Positions 39,456-48,764 of a DNA stretch of 64,000 nt are shown in pieces (the first letter of the stretch is position 1; each line of letters starts with the position of its first letter). A program made the translations under genes and the position numbers. The stretch comes from an uncultured Acidobacteriota bacterium (GTDB lineage Bacteria > Acidobacteriota > Terriglobia > Acidiferrales > UBA7541), in contig CAVTEE010000004.1 of NCBI GenBank assembly GCA_963733775.1, positions 5,060-69,059 of the forward strand, in the 5' to 3' direction. The notes below the pieces were generated by a model. It was not told the DNA's origin and did not search any database. It worked only from the letters and a program-made list of their open reading frames with translations.

Positions 39456-40298
39456 ATGGCACATTCAATGACTCCAGCCGCTGCAACCGCAACGACTAAC
39501 TCTGGCCCGGCCGTAGCATTTGATAACGTTTACCTCGGCTTTGACGAAGGCGACATTCTCCGCGGCGTCTCTTTCTCCGTTCCGCCACGCGAGACTATGG
39601 TGCTCCTCGGCGAAACAGGCACTGGTAAAACCTTAACTCTGAAACTCGCGGCCGGCTTGCTCAAACCCACCCGCGGCAGTATCTCCGTGCTGGGCGAGCA
39701 AGTCTCATCCATGTCCGAGAACGAGCTTCTCCGCCTGCGGGAGCGTATCGGTTTCGTTTTTCAGGAAGGCGCTCTCTTCGATTCCATGACCGTCGGCGAA
39801 AATGTAGCCTACCGTCTTCGTGAAGAGCACGTGAAAGAAGACGAGATCGAACCGCGCGTCCAGGAAGCACTGCAATTCGTCGAGCTCGAACACACCGCCG
39901 ACCAACTCCCCTCCGAATTATCCGGCGGCATGCGTCGCCGCGTCTCCATCGCGCGGGCGCTAATCAATCGCCCGGACATTGTCTTGTACGATTCACCTAC
40001 CGCCGGTCTCGATCCTGTCACCTCGCAAACCATAATTTCGCTCATCTTGCGCCTGCGCGATGTCTACGGTGTCACCGCCCTATTAGCCACGCAGCGTTTG
40101 CAGGACGGCTTCGCGCTCGCCAACTTTTGTTTCGACAAAGAGACTAAGCACGTCGTTCGTGCCAAAGGCGCCAAGGACGGCGAAACAGCTGCCGCAACCC
40201 GCTTTATGGTTTACAAGGATGGTCGCATCTATTTCGAAGGCGACCCGCAGGAGTTGTCCAGCACCAAAGATCCATATCTACGCCGCTTTCTAGTTTGA
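39456..40298 (+). CDS. mlaF: MlaF-like ABC transporter ATP-binding protein
   Basis: Walker A GETGTGKT, signature LSGGMRRRVSIARAL, Walker B IVLYDSP. Confidence 0.85.
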   Translation: MAHSMTPAAATATTNSGPAVAFDNVYLGFDEGDILRGVSFSVPPRETMVLLGETGTGKTLTLKLAAGLLKPTRGSISVLGEQVSSMSENELLRLRERIGFVFQEGALFDSMTVGENVAYRLREEHVKEDEIEPRVQEALQFVELEHTADQLPSELSGGMRRRVSIARALINRPDIVLYDSPTAGLDPVTSQTIISLILRLRDVYGVTALLATQRLQDGFALANFCFDKETKHVVRAKGAKDGETAAATRFMVYKDGRIYFEGDPQELSSTKDPYLRRFLV

Positions 40299-40339
40299 AT
40301 TTGCTGTAATCTTATCCCGGACTCCGGAGGGGAGTCTCA

Positions 40340-41392
40340 ATGGCCCAGAGGAAGCAGCTTACCTGGACGGAATTGCGTGTAGGTCTGTTCGTGCTGGTTG
40401 GCCTTTTCGTATTGGCGGCCGGCATTTTCTATGTCACCGGGTCAGGTTTCCTGGGGCCGAAGTACCGCCTGAAAACTTATCAGGCCGAGGTTTCTGGTCT
40501 CGCCAATGGCGCGCCTGTGCAGGTCGACGGCGTAGAGGTAGGAAATGTCGAGTCCATCACGTTGGTGCCGCGCTCCCAGTCCAAGGGCGACAAAGCCAGA
40601 AACATTGAGGTTGTCATGCGCCTGGAAAGGCGTTTTCAACCCGACATCCTCACCGACTCCACAGCTAGCGTCGTTACCCAAGGCTTGCTGGGAAACAGAT
40701 ATATAAATATTTCCCGCGGCTTCACCGGTGTCCCTTTGAAAGATGGCGAAGAAGTTCCTCCCTCTGAGACAAGAGAAATGCTCGGCAGCCTCCAGGCTCT
40801 TTCCGATTCCATGCAGGTGATTTTGGATGACGTAAAAGAGGGCCGCGGCTCCATCGGGAAATTGATCACTGACCCGGAAGCCTACAACCACCTGAACAGT
40901 GTCGTGGCCAAAGCCGATACCATGATGAGCAACGTTCAGGCCGGCAAAGGCACGTTAGGCAAACTTGTTAATTCGAATGAGCTCTACGACAAAGTCGACA
41001 AGAGCGTCGACAACATCAACGGCCTGGTCACCGATGTGCGCTCCGGAAAAGGCACCATCGCCAAATTACTCAACGATCCAACGCTATACGATGAAGCCAA
41101 ACAGGCTCTCAACAATGGCAATGCCGTGCTCGGCGATGTTCGCGCAGGAAAAGGCAGCATCGGCAAACTTATGAACGACGACGCGCTCTACAATAATTTG
41201 CGTGACACCAGCGCCAACCTGGACAAGGCTTCCGCCAAGCTGAACGAAAACACCACCACCGCAGGCAAACTTTTTTCTGATCCCAAGTTGTACGACAATC
41301 TCGCGGGTTTGACCGGCGACTTGCGCTTGCTTATCGGCGAATTTCGCCAGAACCCCGCCAAGTTCCTACGCGTAAAAGTCAGCGTATTCTAG
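40340..41392 (+). CDS. mlaD: MCE/MlaD-family substrate-binding protein with repeated C-terminal helices
   Basis: N-terminal TM plus MCE domain (GLANGAPVQVDGVEVGNVESI). C-terminal five-fold ~34-aa repeat G(K/R)G(S/T)(I/L)(G/A)KL(I/L/V/M)xDxxLY. Confidence 0.8.
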   Translation: MAQRKQLTWTELRVGLFVLVGLFVLAAGIFYVTGSGFLGPKYRLKTYQAEVSGLANGAPVQVDGVEVGNVESITLVPRSQSKGDKARNIEVVMRLERRFQPDILTDSTASVVTQGLLGNRYINISRGFTGVPLKDGEEVPPSETREMLGSLQALSDSMQVILDDVKEGRGSIGKLITDPEAYNHLNSVVAKADTMMSNVQAGKGTLGKLVNSNELYDKVDKSVDNINGLVTDVRSGKGTIAKLLNDPTLYDEAKQALNNGNAVLGDVRAGKGSIGKLMNDDALYNNLRDTSANLDKASAKLNENTTTAGKLFSDPKLYDNLAGLTGDLRLLIGEFRQNPAKFLRVKVSVF

Positions 41393-41502
41393 CCATCCGC
41401 AACTTTTGCGAAACCCCGAGCGTTCTTGTAATGTCTTAGTAACAATAGAGCCATAATATCCACCGCGGCTGGCGAAATCGCCGCGACCCACAAGTCGAGC
41501 CT

Positions 41503-42261
41503 ATGGAAAATCAGGAAGTACTGCAAAAACCGCGCCCCGAACCAAGCAAATCAACGCTTCCTCAACCAGGACGCCCTGTCCCCAGCCGCGCTTACCCAGG
41601 TGCCTTAATCGTAGTGGAAGGCACCGATGGTTCCGGAAAGTCCACGCAGCTTTATCTATTAAAACGTTGGCTCGAAATTGGTGGCTATCGTCTCCACTTC
41701 ACAGAGTGGAATTCTTCGCCGCTCGTGAAATCCGCCACACGGCGCGGAAAACAACGCCGCCTCCTCACCCCCACCACCTTTTCTCTCTTGCACGCCGCCG
41801 ATTTCGCCGACCGCTGCGAACGTCAGATCATGCCTTTGCTGCAAGGCGACTATCTGGTGCTCGCCGACCGCTACATCTATACCGCCTTTGCCCGCGATGC
41901 CGCTCGCGGTTGTCCTCCGCGCTGGCTGCGCAATCTTTACCGCTTCGCGCCCGTCCCGGACATTACCTTCTACTTTCGAACTCCACTCGACATCGCCGTC
42001 CACCGCATTCTTAGCGGGCGTCCCAAATTAAAATATTACGAAGCCGGAATGGACTTAGGCATGTCCTACGATCGTGCCGAAAGTTTCCGTCTGTTTCAGG
42101 CCCGTATCCTCGAGGAGTACGACAAAATGGTCGACACTGATAATTTTGTGGTTCTCGACGGCACCATCCCTGTCAATAAATTGCAAAAGCAGATGCGCGA
42201 TATCGTAGCCTCCAAGATTGATCTCAAACGTTTTGCCCCTCGCATCCAGGAAGTGGAGTGA
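41503..42261 (+). CDS. thymidylate-kinase-like P-loop kinase, copy 1 (intact Walker A)
   Basis: 252 aa; LIVVEGTDGSGKSTQLYLLKRWLE and LVLADRYIYTAFARD (DRY box). About 30-aa N-terminal extension relative to canonical Tmk. Confidence 0.7.
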   Translation: MENQEVLQKPRPEPSKSTLPQPGRPVPSRAYPGALIVVEGTDGSGKSTQLYLLKRWLEIGGYRLHFTEWNSSPLVKSATRRGKQRRLLTPTTFSLLHAADFADRCERQIMPLLQGDYLVLADRYIYTAFARDAARGCPPRWLRNLYRFAPVPDITFYFRTPLDIAVHRILSGRPKLKYYEAGMDLGMSYDRAESFRLFQARILEEYDKMVDTDNFVVLDGTIPVNKLQKQMRDIVASKIDLKRFAPRIQEVE

Positions 42262-43130
42262 GCATGCCCGATCAGGAAAAAGAGAAAGACCGAGACCGCG
42301 ACAAAGACAAAGCTCCATTGGTCATCGCCCCAGAATCGCCTGTAGCCACTCTCCCTCCTCCGGGCATCAAGTCCGCCTCTGAAGTCGAGGAAGAAGCCTC
42401 GCATTATTTTTTTGGCGAGCCACTCGTCGGTTTCGATCCCGCTGAAATCACCGGCACCCTCGTTGTCATCGAAGGCATGGACGGCTCCGGCCGCTCCACC
42501 CAAATCACATTGCTTCAGGAATGGCTTGAATCCGAAGGGTTCGCGGTCCAAACCAGCGGCTTGCGTCGTTCGAATCTCGTTGGCAGCGACATCGACCAAC
42601 TCCTGGCCAAAAATGCCGTTACCCGCCTTACTCTGGCCCTGATGTATGCCACCGATTTCTTCGACCAGGTCGAGCACCGCATTTTGCCGGCCTTACGTTC
42701 CGGCACCGTAGTCCTCGCCGACCGTTTTATTTTTACTTTAATCGCGCGCGGCGTAGTCCGCGGCATCAATCGCGATTACATGACGGGACTTTATGCCATG
42801 GCTCTTCGCCCGCATCTCACCTTCTGGCTCAACGTCCGCCCTGAAACCGCCTTCGGCCGCGAATTCAAAAAGTCCCAAGCCATCAGCTATTGGGAAGCCG
42901 GGCGCGACATGTCGTTATCCCACGATCTGTATTGGTCCTTCATTCGATACCAAACCATGATCAAACGCGAATTTGAAGTCATGGCCAAGCGTCACAGCTT
43001 CATCGAACTCGATGGCGAAGCCAGCGTAGCCAACGTGAACAAGCAGCTCCGCCAACGCATTGGTGAGCAGCTCGGTATCCGCGCTACCAAGTACACTCCC
43101 TCCTCCGCGCTGGCCCATCTCTGGCGCTAA
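42258..43130 (+). CDS. thymidylate-kinase-like P-loop protein, copy 2 (Walker A GSGRST, Lys->Arg)
   Basis: 290 aa; LVVIEGMDGSGRSTQITLLQEWLE and VVLADRFIFTLIARG. About 65-aa acidic/Pro-rich N-terminal extension. Its GTG start overlaps the copy-1 stop (GTGA). Confidence 0.7.
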   Translation: MSMPDQEKEKDRDRDKDKAPLVIAPESPVATLPPPGIKSASEVEEEASHYFFGEPLVGFDPAEITGTLVVIEGMDGSGRSTQITLLQEWLESEGFAVQTSGLRRSNLVGSDIDQLLAKNAVTRLTLALMYATDFFDQVEHRILPALRSGTVVLADRFIFTLIARGVVRGINRDYMTGLYAMALRPHLTFWLNVRPETAFGREFKKSQAISYWEAGRDMSLSHDLYWSFIRYQTMIKREFEVMAKRHSFIELDGEASVANVNKQLRQRIGEQLGIRATKYTPSSALAHLWR

Positions 43131-43138
43131 AACATTAA

Positions 43139-44679
43139 TGTCAGAGCCGGTTCACATCGCTGCTATCGACGCCGGCTCCAACGCCGTGCGCCTGGCTGTT
43201 GCCCGCGCCTACTCGGCGCTCGACATCGAACCGCTCTACGATGAGCGCTACTCCTTGCGACTCGGCGAAGGCGTTTTCGTTCGCCATGTTTTCAGCGAAA
43301 AACTCCTCAAAAAATCCGTGAAGGCTTTCCGTGATTTCAAAGAAACCATGGACGAGTTCGGTGTTACGAAATATCGTGCCGTAGCCACCAGCGCCTCCCG
43401 CGAAGCCCGCAATCGCGACGCCTTCGTTCGCAGGATTAAACAGCAATCCGGCATCCAACTGGAGGTAATCAATGCCGCCGAAGAGTCCCGCCTCGGCAGG
43501 GAAGCCGTCCTCGCCGCCTTGGGCCCCGAAGCGCCGCCACGATGCATCATTGACCTCGGAGGCGGCAGCCTGGAATTAAGTATTCTCCGTGACCGTCATG
43601 TGGAGCAAAGTGCCCATCTCGGTGTGGGCACCGTGCGCCTCATGACAACGTTGAATCTTCCCGGCGTCATCCGCCCTTCACAAGCCGAGCAAGTCCGCAG
43701 GTATGTGCGCGCCCTACTCGAATCAAAATTACCCAACCGCCCAAATCTCGGCGAACAAATTGCCGTCGCGCTTGGCGGCAACGCCGAAACGCTGGCTGGC
43801 ATCGCCCCAGGCCCGCGTGAACATGGCCTCCCGATGCTGCAATTATCGCTCCTTCGCGACCGTCTGCCCGACATCCTGACGCGCAATGTCCGCGAGCGCA
43901 TGAAGGCTTACGGTGTACGCCGCGACCGCGCTGACGTCATGGGTATTGCCGCCATCACGTTTCTCACTCTCGCCCGCTATCTGAATGTCCGCTGCATGGC
44001 CATCCCCGCCGTGGGCCTTCGCGAAGGCATTCTCCAGGAAATCGCCCACGACGCTTTCTCGCGAAAAGAACCCCACCGCTACAACGCTGCCGCGCGCCAG
44101 GTCATCGCCAGCACCAGGGCCTTCGCGCGCCGCTTGGACCGCGACCAAGCCCATGCCGAGCATGTCCGTGAGCTGAGCATTCTCCTTTTCGACGCTTTGC
44201 AACCGGTGCATCATCTTCCCGCTCAGTACCGCGTGCTGCTGGAGGCCGGCGCTCTCTTACATGACGTCGGCCATACCATCAGTCATCACGGTCACCACAA
44301 GCACGGCGAATATTTAGCGCTGAACGGCGACATCCCCGGTCTCGCTGGCCGTGATCGCGCCATCGTCGCCTCATTAGTTCGCTATCACAATCGCAAGTCA
44401 GAGCCCGCCAGCCATCACATCGCCTATGCTTCGCTATCCAACCTCGACAAACGTGTGACCCGCCGCCTGGCTTCCATTTTGCGCATCGCTGAAGGCCTCG
44501 ATCACTCCCACCGCCAGCGCGCAACCAATATTCAAGCCTCTTTCCAGCGCGGCTCCGTAGGCCTCCAGGTAAAAGCCCGCGGAGATGCTGCCGAGGACTT
44601 GCGCGACGCCATCCGCAGCGCTGACCTCTTCGAAAAAGAATTTCACGTGCGCCTGTTCTTTCGCCAATCCACATCGTGA
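43139..44679 (+). CDS. Ppx/GppA-family phosphatase (exopolyphosphatase / pppGpp phosphohydrolase) with C-terminal HD domain
   Basis: ORF 43060..44679; sensible start ATG 43139 (MSEPVHIAAIDAGSNAVRLAVA). DLGGGSLEL; HD region LLHDVGHTISHHGHHKHGEYL. Confidence 0.88.
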
Positions 44680-44806
44680 GCCGCAAGTATCGTGAGCTCG
44701 TATAATGACCCGTGAAAGCAGTTGATTGATAAGCCGCTCCAGGAAATTATCGGCGGCAAAAATTTAGCGCGAATAGGGTTTAATAAAATTCGAACGGAGC
44801 TACTCG

Positions 44807-45307
44807 ATGGATCTGTACATCGTCCGCCACGGCATCGCGATCGACCGTGAAGACCCCAAATGCCCTCCCGACCCCGAACGTTACCTGACGGAAGAGGGCA
44901 TCGACAAAACCAGACAGGTGGCCAAAGGCATTGCCGCGCTCGGTATCACGCCGGACCTCTTGATTTCCAGTCCCTATACCCGCGCCATGCAAACCGCGGA
45001 AATTTTTGCCAGCGCTCTCGACTACTCCAAACAGAAAATCCGTCGCACCGATTTGCTTTTGCCCGGCGCCGAATCGTCCATGCTCTTTCGCGAGCTAGCC
45101 AAGGACAAACAGTCTTCTACCGTTTTCCTCTTTGGCCACGCTCCACATCTCGATGAACTCATCGCTGCCGCCTTCGCCAGCAAGCATCCCATCACTTCGC
45201 TCAAGAAAGCCGGCGTCGCCGCCCTGAAATTAAAGCGCATCTCCCCGCCCAGCGCCGAACTTCTCTGGCTAGCCACACCCCGCCTCCTGCGCCGCGCCGC
45301 AAAATAA
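44807..45307 (+). CDS. sixA: phosphohistidine phosphatase SixA-like (histidine phosphatase superfamily)
   Basis: 166 aa; MDLYIVRHGIA (RHG catalytic motif) and later VFLFGHAPHL. Confidence 0.8.
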   Translation: MDLYIVRHGIAIDREDPKCPPDPERYLTEEGIDKTRQVAKGIAALGITPDLLISSPYTRAMQTAEIFASALDYSKQKIRRTDLLLPGAESSMLFRELAKDKQSSTVFLFGHAPHLDELIAAAFASKHPITSLKKAGVAALKLKRISPPSAELLWLATPRLLRRAAK

Positions 45308-45318
45308 GTCGCTCCACC

Positions 45319-45711
45319 ATGTATTTAAGATTCGTTGTTTCTGAACTCGATGAGGATTCCAACAAGGAGCTTGGAGTTTTTCATGCAATTGGACAATTGC
45401 GGGCGACGGGAAAACTCTACTCATACGAGGAAATACATCACGACTTGATCCGACAATGGTTCGACGAAAATCTAGAAAAGCCTACACGATTCACCGCCTC
45501 CAAAGGCCCTTTCTATCGCAAACAGAATAAAGCGATATCTTGGTTTAAAGACAGCGCGGAAGAACATCTCAGTCGAGTCAGGGAACTTGTCGCTATTTTG
45601 CGAAATCACGGAGTTATTGTGCACATGTTGAAAACCGACCGCGTGGGTTACGTAGTTTACGAGGATGAGTACCAAATCGTGGCAGAGTCGTTTAGAGGAG
45701 AATGTTTGTAA
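45319..45711 (+). CDS. hypothetical protein (compositionally AT-rich orphan ORF)
   Basis: 130-aa ORF 11 nt after the sixA stop on the same strand. Visibly AT-richer than its neighbours. No family recognised. Confidence 0.5.
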   Translation: MYLRFVVSELDEDSNKELGVFHAIGQLRATGKLYSYEEIHHDLIRQWFDENLEKPTRFTASKGPFYRKQNKAISWFKDSAEEHLSRVRELVAILRNHGVIVHMLKTDRVGYVVYEDEYQIVAESFRGECL

Positions 45712-45753
45712 CTTCCAAGATAGTTCTGGAACTCAGCGATTAGCTTCTAACCC

Positions 45754-47307
45754 CTAATCCGAAGCCCCAGCCACCGCATACAAAACACCCGGCGCACTCT
45801 GAGGCAACGCCACCACCTTCGCCGCCTTCTCCGCGGCACGAACCACCAGCGGCTTGCCCAACACCGTCTCCAACAAATGTTTCCCCGCAGCCAGCCTCGC
45901 CGCAATCTCCAGATTGTCCGCCAACTGCGGGACCAAAAGCGTGATGGCATCTGCCGAATTCTCAATCTTGAATCCCGTAGGCGAATCCACCCCAGACTTG
46001 TGCAGCACTCGTCCAAGGCGAATCACTCCCGCCAAAATACGAATATTCTCTTGCTGCGATGCGCTGAGTCTTGCAAATTTCACGTCGTTCATCGTCGGTT
46101 CCGTCCCGCGATGGAATCTCACTGCCCATGCCACGAGTTCCCAATCCTCCCGCGTCCATCTTGGCGGCACTTTCATCCCCAACAAAAACTTCCGCGCAGC
46201 CTTCCGCGGATGTTTCTTATCGCGTCCCACCGCGTGCAGCAAAGCTGCGGCGCGCAAATTCCTCTGCATGTTGGCGTCGCCAAGTGCCGGCATGACCTTT
46301 GCACGTCGCAACAAGTCAAAAATCCGTATCGATATCCGCGCCACTCGCCCCGCATTCCGCGGATTCGACTGTGCCGCACGTGCCGTCGCTCGTAACCGCG
46401 CGAGCGACGCTTGCTCCAATCGCTCTCCGTGCGGCAATGCGTGCCGCCATTTGTTCCAGATGCTCGTTTTCCCCAACGTTAGTTGCCGGTAAGTCTGCAC
46501 CCGCTTCGCGCGCTCACGTTGCAGAATTTCCTTCCAGGATTTCCGCGCCGCTCCATCCACTCCGCTTTCGGCTTTCACCCTCTCTGCCAGCACATCCAGA
46601 TCGTGAATATCGCCCAGTAAATCTTGCAGCCTTTTTAAATTCTCATTCCACGCCGCCAGATGTTCCGGCAAAAGACTTTCGACCGTGTACCTCAACTTCT
46701 TCAAGCCAATCCTTAAGGCGTGCCAGGGCTTGGGTTTCTTCGTGCGCAGCGCCTGCGCATGCAGTTGTTTGATCTCTTCAAAGCGCTCCCATGCCAGGCA
46801 TTCCGCCGCTAGGCCGCTTACCGGAAGCACCCGAACCCGTTGCCGCAAGCGTCTCTGTACTTGTTTCCAGCCTTTCTCATCGAACTTGCCCGCTACCCGC
46901 AAAACTTCGCTCCGCAACTCCGGCTCATCCTTCTCAAAAGAGCTGTGCATCTGTACGCGAACGGGGTCGCTGGCAAGCACCAACTTCTTGACCCAATCTT
47001 CCATCACGTGCGCGTCCCGTAACCCACCCAACGCCCGGAAGAGTTTTTTCGCCGTTTTCCGCATCTCCGGCCAAGCCGGATCCGGGTCCACCTCTTCGAA
47101 AACCGTCGCCACCGACCGGCATCTCCGGATTGCCACCCTCAAGTCATGCACGTTGTCAGGATCCGGATTCGAACGCACCTTATCCAGCTCCGCCCGCACC
47201 TTGTCCATGGATTCAGATAGCGCTCGTCGCTCTACCCGAGCGGGTGGCTTAACTTCGGTCTGAGTTTGAGTCTTACCTTGAGATTCAAGAGTGGTGACGC
47301 TGGCCAT
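45754..47307 (-). CDS. CHAD domain-containing protein
   Basis: ORF 45754..47427. The likely start is Met at 47307, which avoids overlap with the MFS gene. CHAD-type helical repeats with DNVHDLRVAIRRCRSV and WHALRIGLKKLRYTVE. The C-terminal half has LLHAVGRDKKHPRKAARKFL. Confidence 0.75.
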   Translation of the reverse strand: MASVTTLESQGKTQTQTEVKPPARVERRALSESMDKVRAELDKVRSNPDPDNVHDLRVAIRRCRSVATVFEEVDPDPAWPEMRKTAKKLFRALGGLRDAHVMEDWVKKLVLASDPVRVQMHSSFEKDEPELRSEVLRVAGKFDEKGWKQVQRRLRQRVRVLPVSGLAAECLAWERFEEIKQLHAQALRTKKPKPWHALRIGLKKLRYTVESLLPEHLAAWNENLKRLQDLLGDIHDLDVLAERVKAESGVDGAARKSWKEILQRERAKRVQTYRQLTLGKTSIWNKWRHALPHGERLEQASLARLRATARAAQSNPRNAGRVARISIRIFDLLRRAKVMPALGDANMQRNLRAAALLHAVGRDKKHPRKAARKFLLGMKVPPRWTREDWELVAWAVRFHRGTEPTMNDVKFARLSASQQENIRILAGVIRLGRVLHKSGVDSPTGFKIENSADAITLLVPQLADNLEIAARLAAGKHLLETVLGKPLVVRAAEKAAKVVALPQSAPGVLYAVAGASD

Positions 47308-47363
47308 TCGGTCAAAATCCTCGACGTTTCGCGCTTGGCCATGAAAAACCTCGCCAAACGAAC

Positions 47364-48671
47364 CTATAGGGTAGCCCTTCGATGTAGCCTCGTCCAGTCG
47401 AGCGCCTCGCCCCACAATTCCGGCCACATTCGCACTAAAACCAGCCCCATCGCCACGCTCATTGCGCCCGCAATCAGAAAAACCTTGGAAGGGTCCGGGT
47501 GCCCAAGCCTCAACATTACGAACTGCGCCACCGGCTGCAGCGCCACCCCAATGAACGACAGCATATTCGCCACCGCGATCGTCCGCCCCTTCTCGGTAGC
47601 CGCCGGCCGTCGCTGGATCAACGCATTAATGGGCACCACAAAGAATCCCCCCGCGAATCCAAGCAGTACCAGCCACAACAGCACGGTCCCAAATCCGATC
47701 CCCGGCCATGAAAGAAGCGCAGCCATTACCAAAATCCCCGCAAGCCCAGGCAGCACCATCCCCATTTGAATTTTCTTCCCGGACACAAATCCCGCAGCCA
47801 AACTCCCCAGCCCGATCCCCATACTCAACCCCGCCAGCAAATAACTGCTCCGCGTCTCGTCCAGATGCAGAATGTCCGCGCCATACAACACGATATTCAG
47901 CAGCAAAAGCGACCCCAGAAACCAGAAAAACGTGTTCGCCACCACGGCCGTTAGCAATGGCCTGTCGCCGCTCATATGCCGCACTTCCGAGAAAAACTCT
48001 CGCGGGACATTCCAATCAAACTTACGTCCAGGGTCCGCCGCCGGTACTTTAGAAATCCCCAAACTAATCAAAAGTCCAATCACCGCTAGCGCCAGGAAAA
48101 TCACTCCGGACCACACTTGCCGTCCGTGAAAAACATGCGCCAGGTATCCCCCAGCCAGCGCCGCTAGAATCGCCGCCAGCAAAGTCAAAAATTCAATAAT
48201 TCCGTTTCCCCAGCTCAGCTTCGATTCCGGCAGCAATTCCGGCAGCAACCCATATTTCGTAGGCCCGAAAATCGCGCCCAAAGTACTCATCAAAAACAGC
48301 GCCACCCCCGCCCAGCCCAATCGCCCTTGCGCCAACGCCCAAGTAGCGAGCGCCATAACCACCAATTGCCCGATCACCGTCGCTATCGTCACGCTGCGTT
48401 TGCTGAACTTGTCCGCCAAAAATCCGCCGGGAATCGAAAACAACAAGAAGGGAACTGAGAACAACAGCGGCACAAACAAAACAAACCACAAATCGCGCTC
48501 TTCTTTCGACGCAGCCGTCTCGAGCACCAGAAAACTAACCAGCCACTTCAAAGTGTTGTCGCTGAACGCCCCCTGAAACTGCGTAGCAATCAACGCCCAA
48601 AATCCACTCAACTTTGGAGCCGCCACCTCAGGCGCAACTCGCTCTCCAGCATCTTCAATCGCACTAGCCAT
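47364..48671 (-). CDS. MFS transporter, lysophospholipid transporter LplT-like
   Basis: 435 aa, 12-TM-like. N-terminal FWALIATQFQGAFSDNTLKWLV resembles the LplT ...QFLGAFNDNFFK motif. Confidence 0.65.
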   Translation of the reverse strand: MASAIEDAGERVAPEVAAPKLSGFWALIATQFQGAFSDNTLKWLVSFLVLETAASKEERDLWFVLFVPLLFSVPFLLFSIPGGFLADKFSKRSVTIATVIGQLVVMALATWALAQGRLGWAGVALFLMSTLGAIFGPTKYGLLPELLPESKLSWGNGIIEFLTLLAAILAALAGGYLAHVFHGRQVWSGVIFLALAVIGLLISLGISKVPAADPGRKFDWNVPREFFSEVRHMSGDRPLLTAVVANTFFWFLGSLLLLNIVLYGADILHLDETRSSYLLAGLSMGIGLGSLAAGFVSGKKIQMGMVLPGLAGILVMAALLSWPGIGFGTVLLWLVLLGFAGGFFVVPINALIQRRPAATEKGRTIAVANMLSFIGVALQPVAQFVMLRLGHPDPSKVFLIAGAMSVAMGLVLVRMWPELWGEALDWTRLHRRATL

Positions 48672-48764
48672 GCGCGGCGCAGTCTAGCCTCCCAGCGCTT
48701 CCGCAGCAAGCACTACTCTGCGTATAACCGGAATTTCTTCATTACACGCTATAATTATTAAGAG

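Noticed and set aside
40900-41392. Five-fold GKGxxGKLxxDxxLY repeat in MlaD as something unusual
   Set aside because: The repeat is diverged at DNA level. Such C-terminal helical repeats are, to my knowledge, common in MCE-family proteins of several phyla.
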